Positions 24,457 through 38,251 of a stretch of DNA of 64,000 bases are shown here, piece by piece (the stretch's first letter is position 1; every line of letters starts with the position of its first letter). Source of the stretch: Takakia lepidozioides (lineage: Eukaryota > Plantae > Bryophyta); the NCBI GenBank assembly GCA_030704615.1, contig CM060732.1:54994001-55058000 (forward strand), in the 5' to 3' direction. Under the pieces are notes generated by a model that saw only the letters and a program-made list of their open reading frames with translations, was not told where the DNA came from and made no database searches. A program made the translations under genes and the position numbers.

Positions 24457-27400
24457 ATGAGTGCTGGGGTGGCATCATGCAACAGCACACCAGCAACCCA
24501 GGAGCCACCCTGGCTGCATGTGCGGCGTGAACCATTTGAGTATGGACTTCTGCCTATCCCCAGTCTTACACACAATGATGGTGTGGCTGGATTAAAAACT
24601 CTTCGTGGAATGCTTCTTCAGCAAACTCTTTGCATCTCTGATTGTTCAACAAACAAGTTTGCTTGCTCCCCTATCAATGCTGGATCTCAGGAGGGGGGTA
24701 AACACGTGGCTACAGCTGGAATAGCTGCAAGCTTAGGCCTGCCAGAGGCTCACGCTCATTTGATTCTTGACACATTGGCTTCTATTTTACCTGATGAGGG
24801 AGCAGGGGTTGACAGCCTATCCTGCATCTCAGTAACAGATATTGATTCTGTTGGTGCGGATGTCAATGATCTGTTGCTGTTCCTGTACCTTCAAAACTAT
24901 CGAAGGGTCCCATCTCGCCCGTACCGAGATGCTGCAGCAGTAGCTGATGTATGGCCTTCAACTTCAGCGATTGATGGATTTCTTCCTGCCATTTCTCCCT
25001 TGCAGGTGGGTTCTCCCCCTTCCCTACTGTACCCCATGTCAAAAGCTACTCTGGGATAGTTGAGTCTAAGAGGTAGGAGGGAAGAGATGGAGGGTACGTA
25101 GGTTTGATATTGAGAGCATGTGTGGAGTACGAATTCCATTGGTCACGCCATTTCAGCAATCACATATGGTAAAGTTGAATGGAGCAAAAACTAGCTACCT
25201 GCTATTTAGCAGGTCCTAGAAGATGGTTCTCATTGCCTGCATTAAATTGGAAAGGCATTGGTGTGCAATTTGAATGCACATTGCTGAGATGCTGATTTGG
25301 AAGCGCATAAATATGGTGTATGACTTCTGGTCTTAGATGAACAATGTGCTGCTCTGAAGAGCAGCTGCAATCTTCAGATGTCGGCAAGTGAGCATAGATT
25401 CACTGCTGTACTATCAAAGGTGGCCTAAGAGGCCTTTCAGGAGCAGGCTGGAAACAAGAAAGATCAGCAGCCGTGTCTTCTGCCCAGGACTGGATCAGAA
25501 TCTGAGTCTCCTGAAATACGATCAAGGACAGCATTCTATTTCAACAGTAGGATCATCAATTTGATCCCCTGATCTGTTGAGCTGACTGGTCTAGCATCAA
25601 GTTTCCTGATGTGCCTGCCCATTCACAGTTCTAGGATGCTGTAATTGCAACATAAAAGCTCTTCTGGGTATGGAAGACTTCTGGGCTCTCATGACAGAGG
25701 GCAATTGACCAGAGGCCTTGTTTTGCCTCCATTATACTGGCACTTGAAATTTGTCTAAAAAGGTCTTGGTGTGCAGAATTACATGTAACCACTTCATTCT
25801 TTGTGTAACATGCAAGAATAGTCATACAGGTAACTTAATTGTGGCCTTCAGACTGCACCTGCAGTTCTATTTGAATGTATGCACTACATCTGTGCTCATG
25901 AATGTCCAGCATCATGCAAGTGTGAAGGCTTGAAGTATTGAAGTGCTCTTGTGCTGGACAAGTTGCGGATTTTGAGAGGAGAAAGATGTGCTCTTTGGTC
26001 TTTTACTCAGTGAAGACAGCAGTTATTTTTCGAAGGTTTCAGAGATGAGATACTCTGTGAGGTAGTTTCTGTCTTAAGGTGAGGGTGTCTTGCTGCAGGC
26101 AAGATCAGCAGCACTTGCTCGACGATCAATGCCTTGCCAAGCAGAGGAGGAGATTCATCAGCTGGCATATGTTCAGAAGCATTTGTCATCCCTATTAGAC
26201 CTATTGGCAGAGTCGACAGATGAAGAGAGTGACACCAAGGTAGGGAATCTTTCCTGAAAAGACGTTTGTAGATTGATCATGTTGGTAGTTTAACTGAGCC
26301 CTGTGTGTTCTGCTGTGTTGTCGGGCATCAATGGTGTCTTTGCTATTTGTCTTTCTGTGCATGCTTGTGTGCATGTTTTAATGTTCCTTTCTTTCTGTCT
26401 TTTATCTCCTAAGGGAGTCAGCGGTAGAGATCAAGGGCACAACCAGTAAGGATGCTGTAAATGCTGTGCAGGACTACTACTATACTACTACTACTATACT
26501 GTCCTGTACTATATTCTATGCTAGTTATAAAGTACTAGTCCCAGCGCTGCACTACTCAAGCCACTTTCTGCACTGTAGGGGGCCTGGGTTCTATTTCACT
26601 GGTGGCCTATGTTGTAGGTTATGTAGGTTACCTGGCCATATTGCTCATTTAAGGGCTTCTGAGGGCCTTACGGAGGAATTTGTCAACAACATCTATTGGT
26701 GAGGTTGTAACTGAGTCTGAAAAACTGCCAACCTAACAGTGGCAGCATCCTGCAGGAACATTGTAGCATCTTACGTGGACTAGCTCTGGCTAGATCATGT
26801 TTTTCACATTACCAGTGTACTGTTTTAGGAGTGCTATTCACTGCAGCATTAACCTTGTTTTGACATCAACTGTAAAATGGATGTAGTTCCAGTAGTCCAC
26901 TTGCATTGTAGTTGGGTTGAGAGATTGGTTTCATGAATGGGTTATGAGGTTGTGGCGTCATGCTGTGAATTGTTTGCCCAGGTTGTCACGGCGGAGAAGT
27001 TTGAACACCTTGGGTTGCTTCTCAAAGCAAATGATGGAGGCATGAAAACTCTGCCGCTAAGTCAAGCAGCCCCCTTCTTTTCCAATGCAGACCCGGTTAT
27101 GCCAGCTGCTCCTGTACCATTTGAGCAAGTACTGGATTGGTTATCACAGCATATTTGTGCTGCATCAGAAAATTTGCGAGAAAGACCGTTGACCAAAGAG
27201 AATGGCCTAGCAGATACTGTTGCCTCTGAGGCAACAGATGTCACAATGGAGGATGTGTCTGGCTCAACGCCATCTAGTACCCAGACTATCATTCTACCCA
27301 ACGGGTTGTTGCAGTTGCAAAAAGACTGGCACCCTGAGGGTCTAACCTTTGTAGATGGAGTGACCCGAAGCTCAGTGTTGAAAGGGGAGCAGGACATAAC

Positions 27401-30400
27401 GGGGGTTTCCGTAAAGGTAGATTTCTCTGTCTGTCTGGCTTTGTCCCTGTCCCCTTGACACACCTGCAGACTAGCAAATATCGTTCATTCAGTCTTCTTG
27501 TCTTGTTCTGTTGGCGGCCTTCAATCTTGAACATTATCTGAAAGCAGCCGTTGGTGCCTGTAGACAAGGGCTTTGGCACATTCTACAACGAGGACATCAT
27601 TTCTATCAATATAATCCCTTGTTTGGTGCTGTAAGTAGGTCATCAGCAGTTTAGTAATAGTTTTGGCAGATGCTAGATGTGGGTTTTGCACAGCTCTTGG
27701 CGCTTTGTGAATTTCTCTCAGAACCATACACATTCGTGAAAACCATTCAAGACAGTGAGATGGTAGGATTGGGTCTAACTATGACTAAGATTGAACACTG
27801 ACTTTAGAGGGACTGATATAATACATATGCTTGATGGCAGGTATCACACTGTCATGACTCTGTAGTGTATGTCCTGGCACCATTGAAGTATGTCTCTGTG
27901 TTTGGCTGCTCCGACTCAATTGTTGTGCTCGGTGCTGTTGGTAAGGTGAGCAAGATATCTGTAACTTTTTTACATTGGAGACTTGAATGAAGAAAATCTG
28001 ATGATTTTTCCGTTCTAGGTTTGGGTATACAATCAGAACTTTCACCTGTCATTTTAATCAAAAGTCTCCCTCTAGTGCAGAGGGCAAAATCAGGTAGAAA
28101 ACTACAAACAAATTTGTGAAAGCTATAGTGGGTCTTGTTGTCAAAAGAGGTGGCCACAGTCCTATAGATTATTGTAAATAATTTTGTAGGCGCACTCTCA
28201 GGGTTTCATACAGGCTTTTAAATTTGTAAGCAGTTGGCTGCCAGAATGAGCAGCCAACCTTCTGTTTAATTCATCCTTCCTTCGCTCTTCTTGGGAAATT
28301 TTGAATTAAGATGGTCTAGCACATGCATGCAGGCAGTGAGGGTGGAGCACTGTGAAAGGGTACAGCTAATTGTACCATGCGCTCGCATTTGCATCGCTAA
28401 CTGCCGGGACTGCCTCTTTTATCTTGGCGTGAATCAACGGCCACTCGTTGTTGGTGACAATTACAACCTCCAGGTACATTAAGGTAGCATTGTGTTCTCA
28501 GTGAGTGCCTGGTATCTCAGTGTCAGGACAGTATCCTCAAGAAGTTAGTCTACTGAAGGTGTCTAGTGCCACGGAGTACATTTGTTTGATTTTCCTCTAA
28601 ACAGCTGAGCTATCGTTGAGGTGAGGAGAGGCATCATGATATGCAGCCTGGTTGCCAACAAGAAATGAAATGCAGCCCTAAAATGCCATAGAGCAGTTGA
28701 TCATGAGAGAGACACATGTGGCTATATTTGGTGCGGTTTTCAATTCCTAACCAAATCTGGTCTGCACTTGTTTTGTCAAGATTTTGATCAAGGTTCTTGG
28801 TTGTAAAGATTGTACTATGAAGTATTGTAGTCCGTATGAGGTATTTTAGCCTGGTGGCTGGGTTCGACTTACCAAAATTGCCCTAATGCTTGCTCACCCC
28901 AGTCAACAACCCATTACAGGAAGCTGGTGTTGAAGTAAGGTCTGATATGCTAGAAAGGACATTGTCGATTGCAGCACTGCTGCTTCAGCCCCATATCTGA
29001 AATGAGGTGACATGGGAATGTGATTGCACTGTCAGTCACCGCATAAAGATTGTCTATGATGCATTATTGATGGTATAATCCCAAAAGATGTTAGCCCTTC
29101 CGAAGCAGTTAGAAGTTGTTGAACTTAAAGCCCCTTGCACCACTGACTGCAATGTGGGTCAAGGATTCGCCTTTTGATTAAACCTCTACACTGATGGTAT
29201 ACTGGTGAGGAGAATGTAGAATCCAGCCCCGTTGCCGCAGAACTGAAACTTCACACAGTTGTGAGTGGTGGCTGTGGTTATGCTTCCAGTCACCACATGC
29301 AGAAGAAAGGACAGAATATAGCTCTGGCGAGCACGGATGTCGCACGTGTGGGTGATACTCTCCCAGTAAAACTGCAGGGAGCAGAGGGATGGAGAGACCG
29401 GCAATAGAATGTTAAGCACACCCTATTGAATGTCAATGATGCTTTAATGCAACTCAGGTGCTAATGTAGCTTCAAATCTGATCTAGCACTCCACTATACT
29501 GTGCTCATATGTGCCATTTCTCACTTCAGGAAGGGTTGGTGATGATACAGGTGGCACCCTATAACACTTTCTATCCGAGATTGGAGGCGCATTTGGCAAA
29601 AGTGGGGGTCGATATAACAGTCAATAGATGGGACCGCATTTTAACTCTGGGAGGGGCTGACCCACATGATTCCTTCTCCCACCCTGCTGGTGATGCAGAT
29701 GGCCAAGCTGAGGGAGTGGGGCTTCTACAGCCTGAGAAGTTCACCATGTTTACGGTATGTTTGTCTCACGTTTACATCGATCTTTGTATGTGTGATATCC
29801 ACCACTATGGCTCACATTGGTCCTCGTAACATCTTCAGTCTTTCAAGGTTAGGGACTAAACTGGTGACACTTTTTCTGGATAGCTGCAATCACGGGCTTT
29901 CTGAAGTGAACTAATTGTACTGGTTTGATAATTATCAGGTTCCAAGATGGAGCGAAGTCAAATCAGAGCAGCAAGTTCTCACCAGGGCTAACCCTTTCCT
30001 GCTTCCAAAACCTTACTTGTTGGCTCAGCAGCACAGGGTAAGCCGCCTGTTTGTGTTCCAGGTTCTTCAATTTACAGTTTTTAAAGCAGACTTTGTGGCC
30101 TGGAGAAGATGCTGAGCCTAGAGCAAACATGTCCTTTGAAACCCAGTGTGTACGTGTCTATTAGTCTTCCAGCGGATGAACAGAGGTCCCCTCCTCAAAA
30201 ATAAGACTTGCTAAGGTTTGTATATGTTTCGCTGTGAGACCAGGGTAAGTCGGCAGAGTGTCTGAGGCAGATGCTGAAGGCCGTAGCGCTGGAGGACAGC
30301 AAAAAGCGGGAGCTCACCACGGCCATTCATGCCCACTTCCGTGAATGGCTTTTTGGTATGGCTCATACTCTCTTTCCACTGTATAGGAAGCCAACTATGG

Positions 30401-30692
30401 CATAGGGTTATTTTCCAAGCAATCTTTGGTGATGGTAGTGGGTCCTTCCTGGTCGCCTGATTGTAATCCCTACTCCCCTGTTGCTCTACTAATTTAATTA
30501 GGATGCAGGGTTGTATGGCTACAAGGCTAAGCCTAACAAGCAATCTCTGTCTGGGCCTGCAGTGGAGTAAGCTTCTTCTGCTCTCTTCTGGTCTCATTGG
30601 GTGGTGGTGCTGGTGTCTTTGCAGCCTCTGGTAACATTCGCCAACTTTATGAACTGCAAGGCCTTGACGGGGACTCCAAGACAATGGAGTAG
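24457..30692 (+). CDS. TBCCD1: TBCC domain-containing protein 1; exons 24457-25005, 26099-26239, 26982-27416, 27841-27945, 28333-28473, 29551-29754, 29939-30037, 30244-30355, 30625-30692
   Basis: RREPFEYGLLPIP, DVWPSTSAIDGF, the C-CAP/TBCC beta-helix (CHDSVVYVLAPLKYVSVFGCSDSIVVLGAVGKAVRVEHCERV...VAPYNTFY) and the end FREWLFASGNIRQLY. All introns are GT-AG and phase-consistent. Confidence 0.92.
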
Positions 30693-31889
30693 AGACACAT
30701 CTCATATTTACTCCACATTATTTCCCCTCACAGCCGTAGCCCAACACACCTGTATTTTTCTTACCCCTCTATCCTGAGGGGTTTTCCCTAAAACACAAAA
30801 GTGCCTGCTATGGCCATTTTGGCGTTCACAGCCAGAATGATTGATCTTCAGAACTTCCCAGGGGTGTTAGAATAGGTGCAAAGCAACCATTGAGATTGAC
30901 AGGGATCCCCTGCCTTGTGCAAATGTCTGCTTCTATATGTTTGACAGCTGGGAGCAAGATGCTTCAATTGGCTTCATTCAGACAGTCTCGTACTCACTTC
31001 TATTGATAGGTTGGGACTGGAGCCCTGTCTGGCATCTTCACAAATCCTTCTCTGACTGTCTGTAGAGGCTGGTTCTGAAAGCTTTGCAGACCATGGGTGC
31101 TGGAGAGGGGAAGCTACATAATGTAGATCAAGGCTTTATCATCTTAGAACACTAGAATTTAATAACTGGGAGCTAAGTTGTGATTAGTGTTTGCATTTGG
31201 TTCGTCGATTGCTGGTGGAACTGCTGTCCATGTAACAGTGTAAAGTTGTCTGCTGAATTGGAAGAAATACTTCTGACCCACCTGTATGTGCTTGAGACCC
31301 AGTCATGATTGTGTGCAACTGAACACTAATTGCTGTATGACAGTGACTTTATTCTGCAGCAGCTTCAGACTTCATGTTGGGTCAGTATTCACTTGTGTGA
31401 TCAAAGCACTCTCTAGACATGTGACGGATGTTGAAATACTTAGTTTCAAGATTCAACTTGGAATGGCACTAGACATTAAATGCCTGGTAATTCTGTGTTG
31501 CAGTTGAGAGGCAACATCAAAAATAGTGGATACAGTTGGAGACATGTCTAGAATCCAAGAAAAGAAATGACCATGGATTTCAACCTGGGAGAAAAAAAAT
31601 AGAAAACCAAGAGTTATGGGGTCTGAACCAATAAAGAGACAAAAATAAGATTGTCCTGGACTGGCACAGGGAATCTCTGTCACCCTGACCAATTGTCTTC
31701 CACACTAGACTAGAGGTCTCTTTGTTGAAGCTCAATGTACATTGTTGATTTCAATGCTATAGTTATTTCCCTCCATCGAGAGGAGACTCTGCATTTTGTG
31801 TGGCACAAACTTGATTCAACTCTTTCCTAAATAATGACAATTGACGATGACCTTTTCCCCTCAAATTTGGACAGCACACATGCCTTGGT

Positions 31890-34800
31890 TCACCAGTAAT
31901 TGTTACAGGAACAAACTCCATCTTCAAAATGATGGAAACGGTTGGCATCCCGTACAATAACTGCTCGCCTGGCAATCTTTGAAATGAACTTTGTGGCGGT
32001 GTGGCAGTCATCACATATCCGAAGGTTCTTTATGATACGGATAGGCATCCCAGGGGGTGTGCGGATGAGCCCAAAAGCAATGGCCAGCTTTTCACTGTGA
32101 TGAAAAAGAGAGAGTTCCTTTTGCTCCTCTTCCACATCATGCAATACAAAGCGCGTGTCAGGCACGTACCCGGCCTCCTTCATGTGCACAGCCAATCTCC
32201 TCAGCTCTGCGTGGATTTCCTCAATTTGTGGATGCAATTTGTCTTCTACCAGGAATGTATGGACCTGGTTGTCCACCTCAATGCAGCTGTGCCCTGCTTC
32301 CTTTCTGACACCTCTGTCCTCCATCATCTTTCTCACCTTCGCCTTATCGTCCCACCTGCCAGCCGCAGCATATATGTTCGATAACAACACGTATGCTGCA
32401 GCATGCTGTGGATCACTCTTGATGATGCTTTTGGCTGCACGTTCTGCTACCTCCACAGCACCATGAGTTCTGCAGGCACTAAGTAAGATCCTCCAAATCC
32501 GAGCACCTGGTTGGGTTGGCAGTTTGTTAATGAAGTCCTCCGCCTCATCCAGTCGCCCTGCACGGCCAAGAAGGTCCACCATACAGCCAAAATGCTCCAC
32601 CGTAGGGGCAAGGCCATGATCTCGACTCATGGAATCAAAGTAGCGACGGCCATCATCTACTAGGCCCACATGACTACATGCAGAAAGTAGAGATATAAAG
32701 GTGACTCCATTGGGCTTCAAGCCTTCCTTTTGCATCTGTTCAAATAGTTGCAGGGCCTCCCTACCACATCCATGCTGAGCATATCCTGCAATTATTGCAC
32801 TCCATGAGATGACATCTCGTTGGCCCATATTGTCGAAAACTTGACGTGCATCCTTCATGCTCCCACATTTCGCATACATGTCAACAAGGGCAGTCTCCAG
32901 TTTTATATATGATGCAACTCCAGCTTTGCCAATATGAGCGTGGACCTCTTTGCCCTTTTCCAGGGTTCCTAGGCTGGCACACGCATTGAGAACACAAACA
33001 AATGTGACCCTGTTAGGTGTCACCCCTTCCAGCTGCATCTGCTCATACATCTGAAAAGCCTCCCTACCACATCCATGTTGAGCATATCCTGTGATCATAG
33101 CATTCCATGAGACCACATTTCGTTCAACCATATTGTCGAACACTAGACGCGCATCCTTCATGCTCCCACATTTTGCATACATGTCAGCAAGGGCAGTCTC
33201 CAGAATGACATCTGCCGCAATTCCAGCTTTGATGATGTCAGCATGGACCGCTTTGCCCTTTTCCAGGGCTCCTAGGCTGGCACATGCATTGAGAACAGAA
33301 ATAAAAGTCACGCTGTTGGGCATTACCCCTTCCCGTTGCATTTGCGCATAGGTCTTCAAAGCTTCTCTACCATGCCCCTGGTGGGTATATCCCGCTATCA
33401 TTATAGTCCAAGTAAACAGGTTTCGTTCGGGCATCTTGTCGAACACTTGGCGTGCATCTACCACCCTCCTGCACTTGGAATACATATTCATTAGCGTGTT
33501 GGATATGAAGATATTTGGCTTGAATCTACTTTGGATAATGTGGGTGTGCACCTGCTTTCCCTCTGCTAGGGCTTTCAAGTTGATGCACTCCTGCAAGAGA
33601 CAAAAATATGTATGGGAGTCAGCCTGAATGCCTTGTTGGTTCAAAATGTTCAGTGCCTCTTTCAGTTGTCCTGCCTTACATAGCATCCTTATATCTCCAC
33701 AAGTGCGTGAAGAGTTCTTGTTGACTCCCTCTCTTGGTCCTCTTTCCAAAGTAGTGGTCATGGTGGAGGCATTAACCCCGCTGCCATTCTCATGTCCGAC
33801 AATTAACTGCGCTTGGTTCGCCGCTGGTATCCTGCATGACTCCAGTCTCTTAGCTACAAATTTATATTATGCTCACACCTACATATAAAGGGATCCTAGA
33901 TACTTCAAAGAAAGGTCCCTCCATTCTTGATGCATATCAACAGGGTTACAAAAGCCTTGCAGTCATCTGATTCTGCATGAAGACAATACCCATTGCATTC
34001 TTGGCCTGGAGCTCCATGGTACATATCGACATTACAACCACCGCCTGATTGTGCTTGACGTTCTAGCATGGCAGCAAGCTCTGCTTTCACCCAAGGGGGA
34101 TTCAACCGACCGTCAATCCAAAGGACCTCCTTTGTGCGCTTGTGTCTGAAGTCTGGCGATCTTGGACCTCTCTGTAGAAACCGCTAAGCAGTAATGCCTT
34201 TAACGTCAGCCCATATGCACCAAGGTACAGCCACCAAATCTCCACAAGCATCACTTCAAACAACAGGACACACCATTGAACAAACGAACTTCAGTGCGAT
34301 TCAATTCACAATCAGCTGATTCAAGAAAGAAAAAACAGCTAGGTAGGTTTGACAGACACAGATTTTGGGCATTGATCAATTAACTGAAACAATTGTCCAA
34401 TCTACAGATGTACATATCACACCTAACCCATTCACAAAGGAGCACTGTCCTTGATCCTAGATAAGAAAAAATCAGTGGACAAAATACAGATAGCCTCACC
34501 TTATCAGACCTGTTGTCCCACCACTGCGAAGGATCTGACATGAACTCCTTCCAAAGCAGATCTATGCTCATTGTTTGGCCTGGATGCAAGCACCACTAAA
34601 CCATAGATCTTTAACAGCTCCTAATTGTGGGCGTCGCTCGTGAATGCTCTCCATTTTATTAACTCTCTCTCCCTCTCTTCGCCCGCCCCTGCCCTTTATC
34701 GAGGAGTGTGATTGGCAGTGCGATCACAGTCACACGGGTCCGACCATAAGCAAAGCTCATTGACCAAATTGTGTGGAGTTTATGCGCATCGAACACATAA

Positions 34801-35085
34801 GGGAGCATAGATCGTTCCAACGCAGAAAACGTCGACACCACAAAAGAATACGCAAAGAGTTGCAATGTCCATACCTATCTTCGGTTTTCCTGAAGGCTGG
34901 GGAGCCGTAACAGCCATCAATTGGAAGGGTCTTGCCCAGCTGGACGCCCATTCCAGTTCCGCATCCTGGCCCGCTAATCTGATGCATGATGTAAGTCCTG
35001 CTGCCCATTCACCGCAAGGAGAAGGCAGCGCCTTTTTTAAGGCGTCTACCTGGGCTGGCAGTACAGCACCAGAGCACCCTGCCAT
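31890..35085 (-). CDS. PLS-class PPR protein with E1-E2-DYW deaminase (organellar C-to-U editing factor) and N-terminal OSB-type PDF motif; predicted exons 35085-34875, 34579-34500, 34171-33990, 33831-31890
   Basis: Eleven clear L/S/P repeats, E1/E2, HSEK...CDDC and terminal NYW. The upstream exons splice in frame (phases 1, 0, 2) and encode LWKEFMSDPSQWWDNRSDK|RGPRSPDFRHKRTKEVLWI. The start codon is less certain than the rest. Confidence 0.88.
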
Positions 35086-35195
35086 CGCTCCAGAGATCGA
35101 AGAAGGGCCACAGTGAGAAGAAGGGCCCGTGTGGGATGAAGGCACTCAGGGTGGATGAACACGTGTCCTAGATATGTAAACCTGGACGTTGGCTT

Positions 35196-35198
<3 letters not shown>

Positions 35199-35237
<39 letters not shown>
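35199..35237. repeat. (GA)n microsatellite in the divergent promoter/5' UTR region
   Basis: About 19 GA units between two head-to-head start codons. Confidence 0.9.
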
Positions 35238-35238
<1 letters not shown>

Positions 35239-35337
35239 AGGGAATTCACATTGCGGGAAAATTAGGGGCAGACCTGAAGGCGGAAGGTGTGTGGGTTTGG
35301 GCAAGAGAGGAGGGATCAGGAAGAAATTGGCGGCGTC

Positions 35338-36241
35338 ATGGCACTGACCAACTTCATTCTCACTGTGGTGGGCGTGGGCGCGGCATACATTGTGTTGCAA
35401 GGGGACGTGCGCAGGTCGGCCGTGACACTACGCCGAAATTTGAAGCACATCCGCCATTGGCTGGAGCAGGAGCATCCCTCCCCTGAGTCTGGTATCAAGT
35501 ATGTGAAACCCTCTCTCTATTTGTCTCTCTGAATGAAATGGTGTTGCTGCAGTATGCAATCCGAGCAGTTAAGGTAGAGGCCTACAGTGACAGGAAATTT
35601 TGTCTAATCTGAAGTTGATGCAAATGCACCTCGTCACTCCCCTATAACTGGTTTATCGTTGGCTGCGCTCTAGCGCTTTGGTGATTCTGGGCTGAACTCG
35701 ATACCCTGGTGGGTAAAACTGGATTGGAAAGAGAGATCTTATGGCTCCGTTGGTCGGTATCCCGCATTTGCTATGTCTTATAGTACACGGTCACTGAGTT
35801 CATCTATTGGAGGCTACTGCAAGTGCAGGGTAATGAGCAGAGGTTCTAGATCTTGTTTCCTGGGCGTATACTGGGTGCTTCGACGCTATTGTAATTATCG
35901 CAACGGTCCTGGAGGTTGTAAACCCATAAATTTCGGCTCTTTTACCCACTCAATCCACTCTTGTACTAAATTCCAGCTTTCCCACTAGCATCAGAAAGAT
36001 GAAGTCTTCGGATAGAACACAAGTTTAGTGGTTGGCATGTGTGTCTTAATCTGAAGTTCATGCTTCCAGTCGAGGAGTCTTGCAGCCCCAGTGTACCTGT
36101 TTGTGGATTTCGTTGTGGTCCTGTGGAGAATTACTCAGTACTGATTGGCATTTTCCTTTGTGCAGGGCTGGGCAGGCTAAGGTCAGGGAGGTAGAGCCCA
36201 GAGCATCAGAAAAGACTGCAGTGAAAGAGGAGAAGCACTAG
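35338..36241 (+). CDS. Small conserved plant protein of unknown function (about 78 aa, N-terminal hydrophobic segment); exons 35338-35498, 36166-36241
   Basis: MALTNFILTVVGVGAAYIVLQGDVRRSAVTLRRNLKHIRHWLEQE resembles a conserved land-plant small-protein family. A phase-2 GT-AG intron leads to ...VKEEKH*. Confidence 0.8.
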
Positions 36242-38251
36242 GCGTGTTGCTTGCAGGAAACTTCTTCAATTTAGGGTTCTTTGCAGGTCATTCTCATGGA
36301 TTGTGCGGTTGACTCTGGTATGTTGTTATCTCTTTCTCGGGGAAGTAGGACCAACTCAATGTATGCTGATTCACTGCCAAGTTTATTGCAGCGATCAGTC
36401 TGATGAGCACTTGGGAGGGCCTTGAAAGAAGCCCCAATTATCTCCAAAGAGTTGACTCCATGATGACATTTGACTCTAAAAGGGGCCTTAATGTTGAGCG
36501 TTCTGTCTCCCTTATCCTCTGTCCCCAGTTTCAACAAGGATCATTGATGGACTGTGTCCCTCTTGTTACAATATGTAGTACGTCTTATATTTCTTAATAT
36601 ACCCGTCCCCTCAGGTTGAAACCCCTTAAATCTGTTCAGTCCCACTTTGCAGGAATTTGGAAACAATCACCATCACAGTAGTGAGTACTTTGTTTTGACT
36701 CCTCTCTATGTAACATTGTTTTTTTCCATGTTACATGTCTCAAAAGGTCGCACTGATGGGTGATGCAGACTCCTTCACTTATGGTCATCCTTCATCGACT
36801 ATCATGTTGCTCCCAGACAATCTGGAGTGTGGGAGTTGGTTTTCATCTGTATCCAGGGTATGGGTACATTTGGGCAGCTTGAGGGTTGAAGGGATCTTCA
36901 CAGGCCTAGAGAGTAGTTTTAAATATCTTCACATGCGCCATCTTTTTCAGATTTTGATGTGATTTGATGTTAGTAAACATGTACAGACTACTTTAGCCAG
37001 CACTACGCACAGCAAGACTGTAGCTGGCCCTGCTATGTGAATACATTCTAAAACTAGTATCTTGCATTGTAATTTAGGAGGATCCTGTGCTGATGAAAAG
37101 GTGCTGCACTGCATATGTAAGGCCATCCCCCTATGAAAAATACGAGCCCCTGCGGGTTCACATGTACTCAGAGAGATGTTGGAACAATGCCCCTTGTCAC
37201 ACACAATCAAGACCACATTGAAGGTGAAGCACCTTCAGGCCTGAGATAGAGGGTAAAAAACTTAGCTGGGATCTATCCCATACAACAACCCAGCGGCCAA
37301 TTGCATCCTCACACCCCACTGACCAAATCATTTAAGCACTTACCACGTGATCAACTGCTAATATTATGCTGTCATTGAACTTTGCCCAGTGAGCCTAGAT
37401 GTCAGATTCAGACTTCTACCTTCCGCATCCACACAGTTAGATTGAATTCCAACTGAAGAAACCTTGCCACGGGAACATGATTTGAAATGGAAGCCACGCT
37501 GACATGTTAAGGTTTGTACTTGCTCATGCTTATCCCAACCTGGCCTTTGGACTCTATTTGGTGTCCATGCTTTTGTACACAGACTCACCCACCACCACAC
37601 ATTGCTGAGTACCACACACACCTTTGACTCTGTCTAACCTGCAGTATCCATGTTACACTTGGCCTCATGCTGAGCATGTGCAGTAAGACGGTCATCTACA
37701 AAGTGAGTCCACTGACTAGGGTCAGCCATCCCTGCATTAACTGGCGCCCTGTGTGAAAGAGAAATACACTTCCTATCATACATAACTGGAAAGGACTAAA
37801 CTTATTAGTGCTGGAGCGCACTGCTGTTCTGCTGTTCTGTATGCAAATGTTACAAGGCCGGGGGGTCATCAAGAGCACAAGTCTAGCAAGAAACTTGGCA
37901 ACTTCATACCTTAACTTCAACTCTCACAACTTCTGACCATTTGAAAATTAGGAATATATTCTGGTTGATTGTTCTCTTTGCAAACTTCTATCAACAATGA
38001 GAGCATGCTCCTCCTGAATTTTCGCACTCTTAACCTGGGTACACATTCAGAAGACCAATTTTCAGATGGAAAGTTTTTGGGGCTCAATTTTTGGATGACA
38101 GATTACCAATATATTTAGTCAAACTTCCCCATTATGTTAGCCACTTTCAGTAGTCAACTTGTGTTGAAAACCAAAACAGTAGGACAGCCTGCCCTTGCAT
38201 GGACTGTTCTGACTCCAGAAATCTATTAAAACGTTCAGCCGCTGTGAGGCT

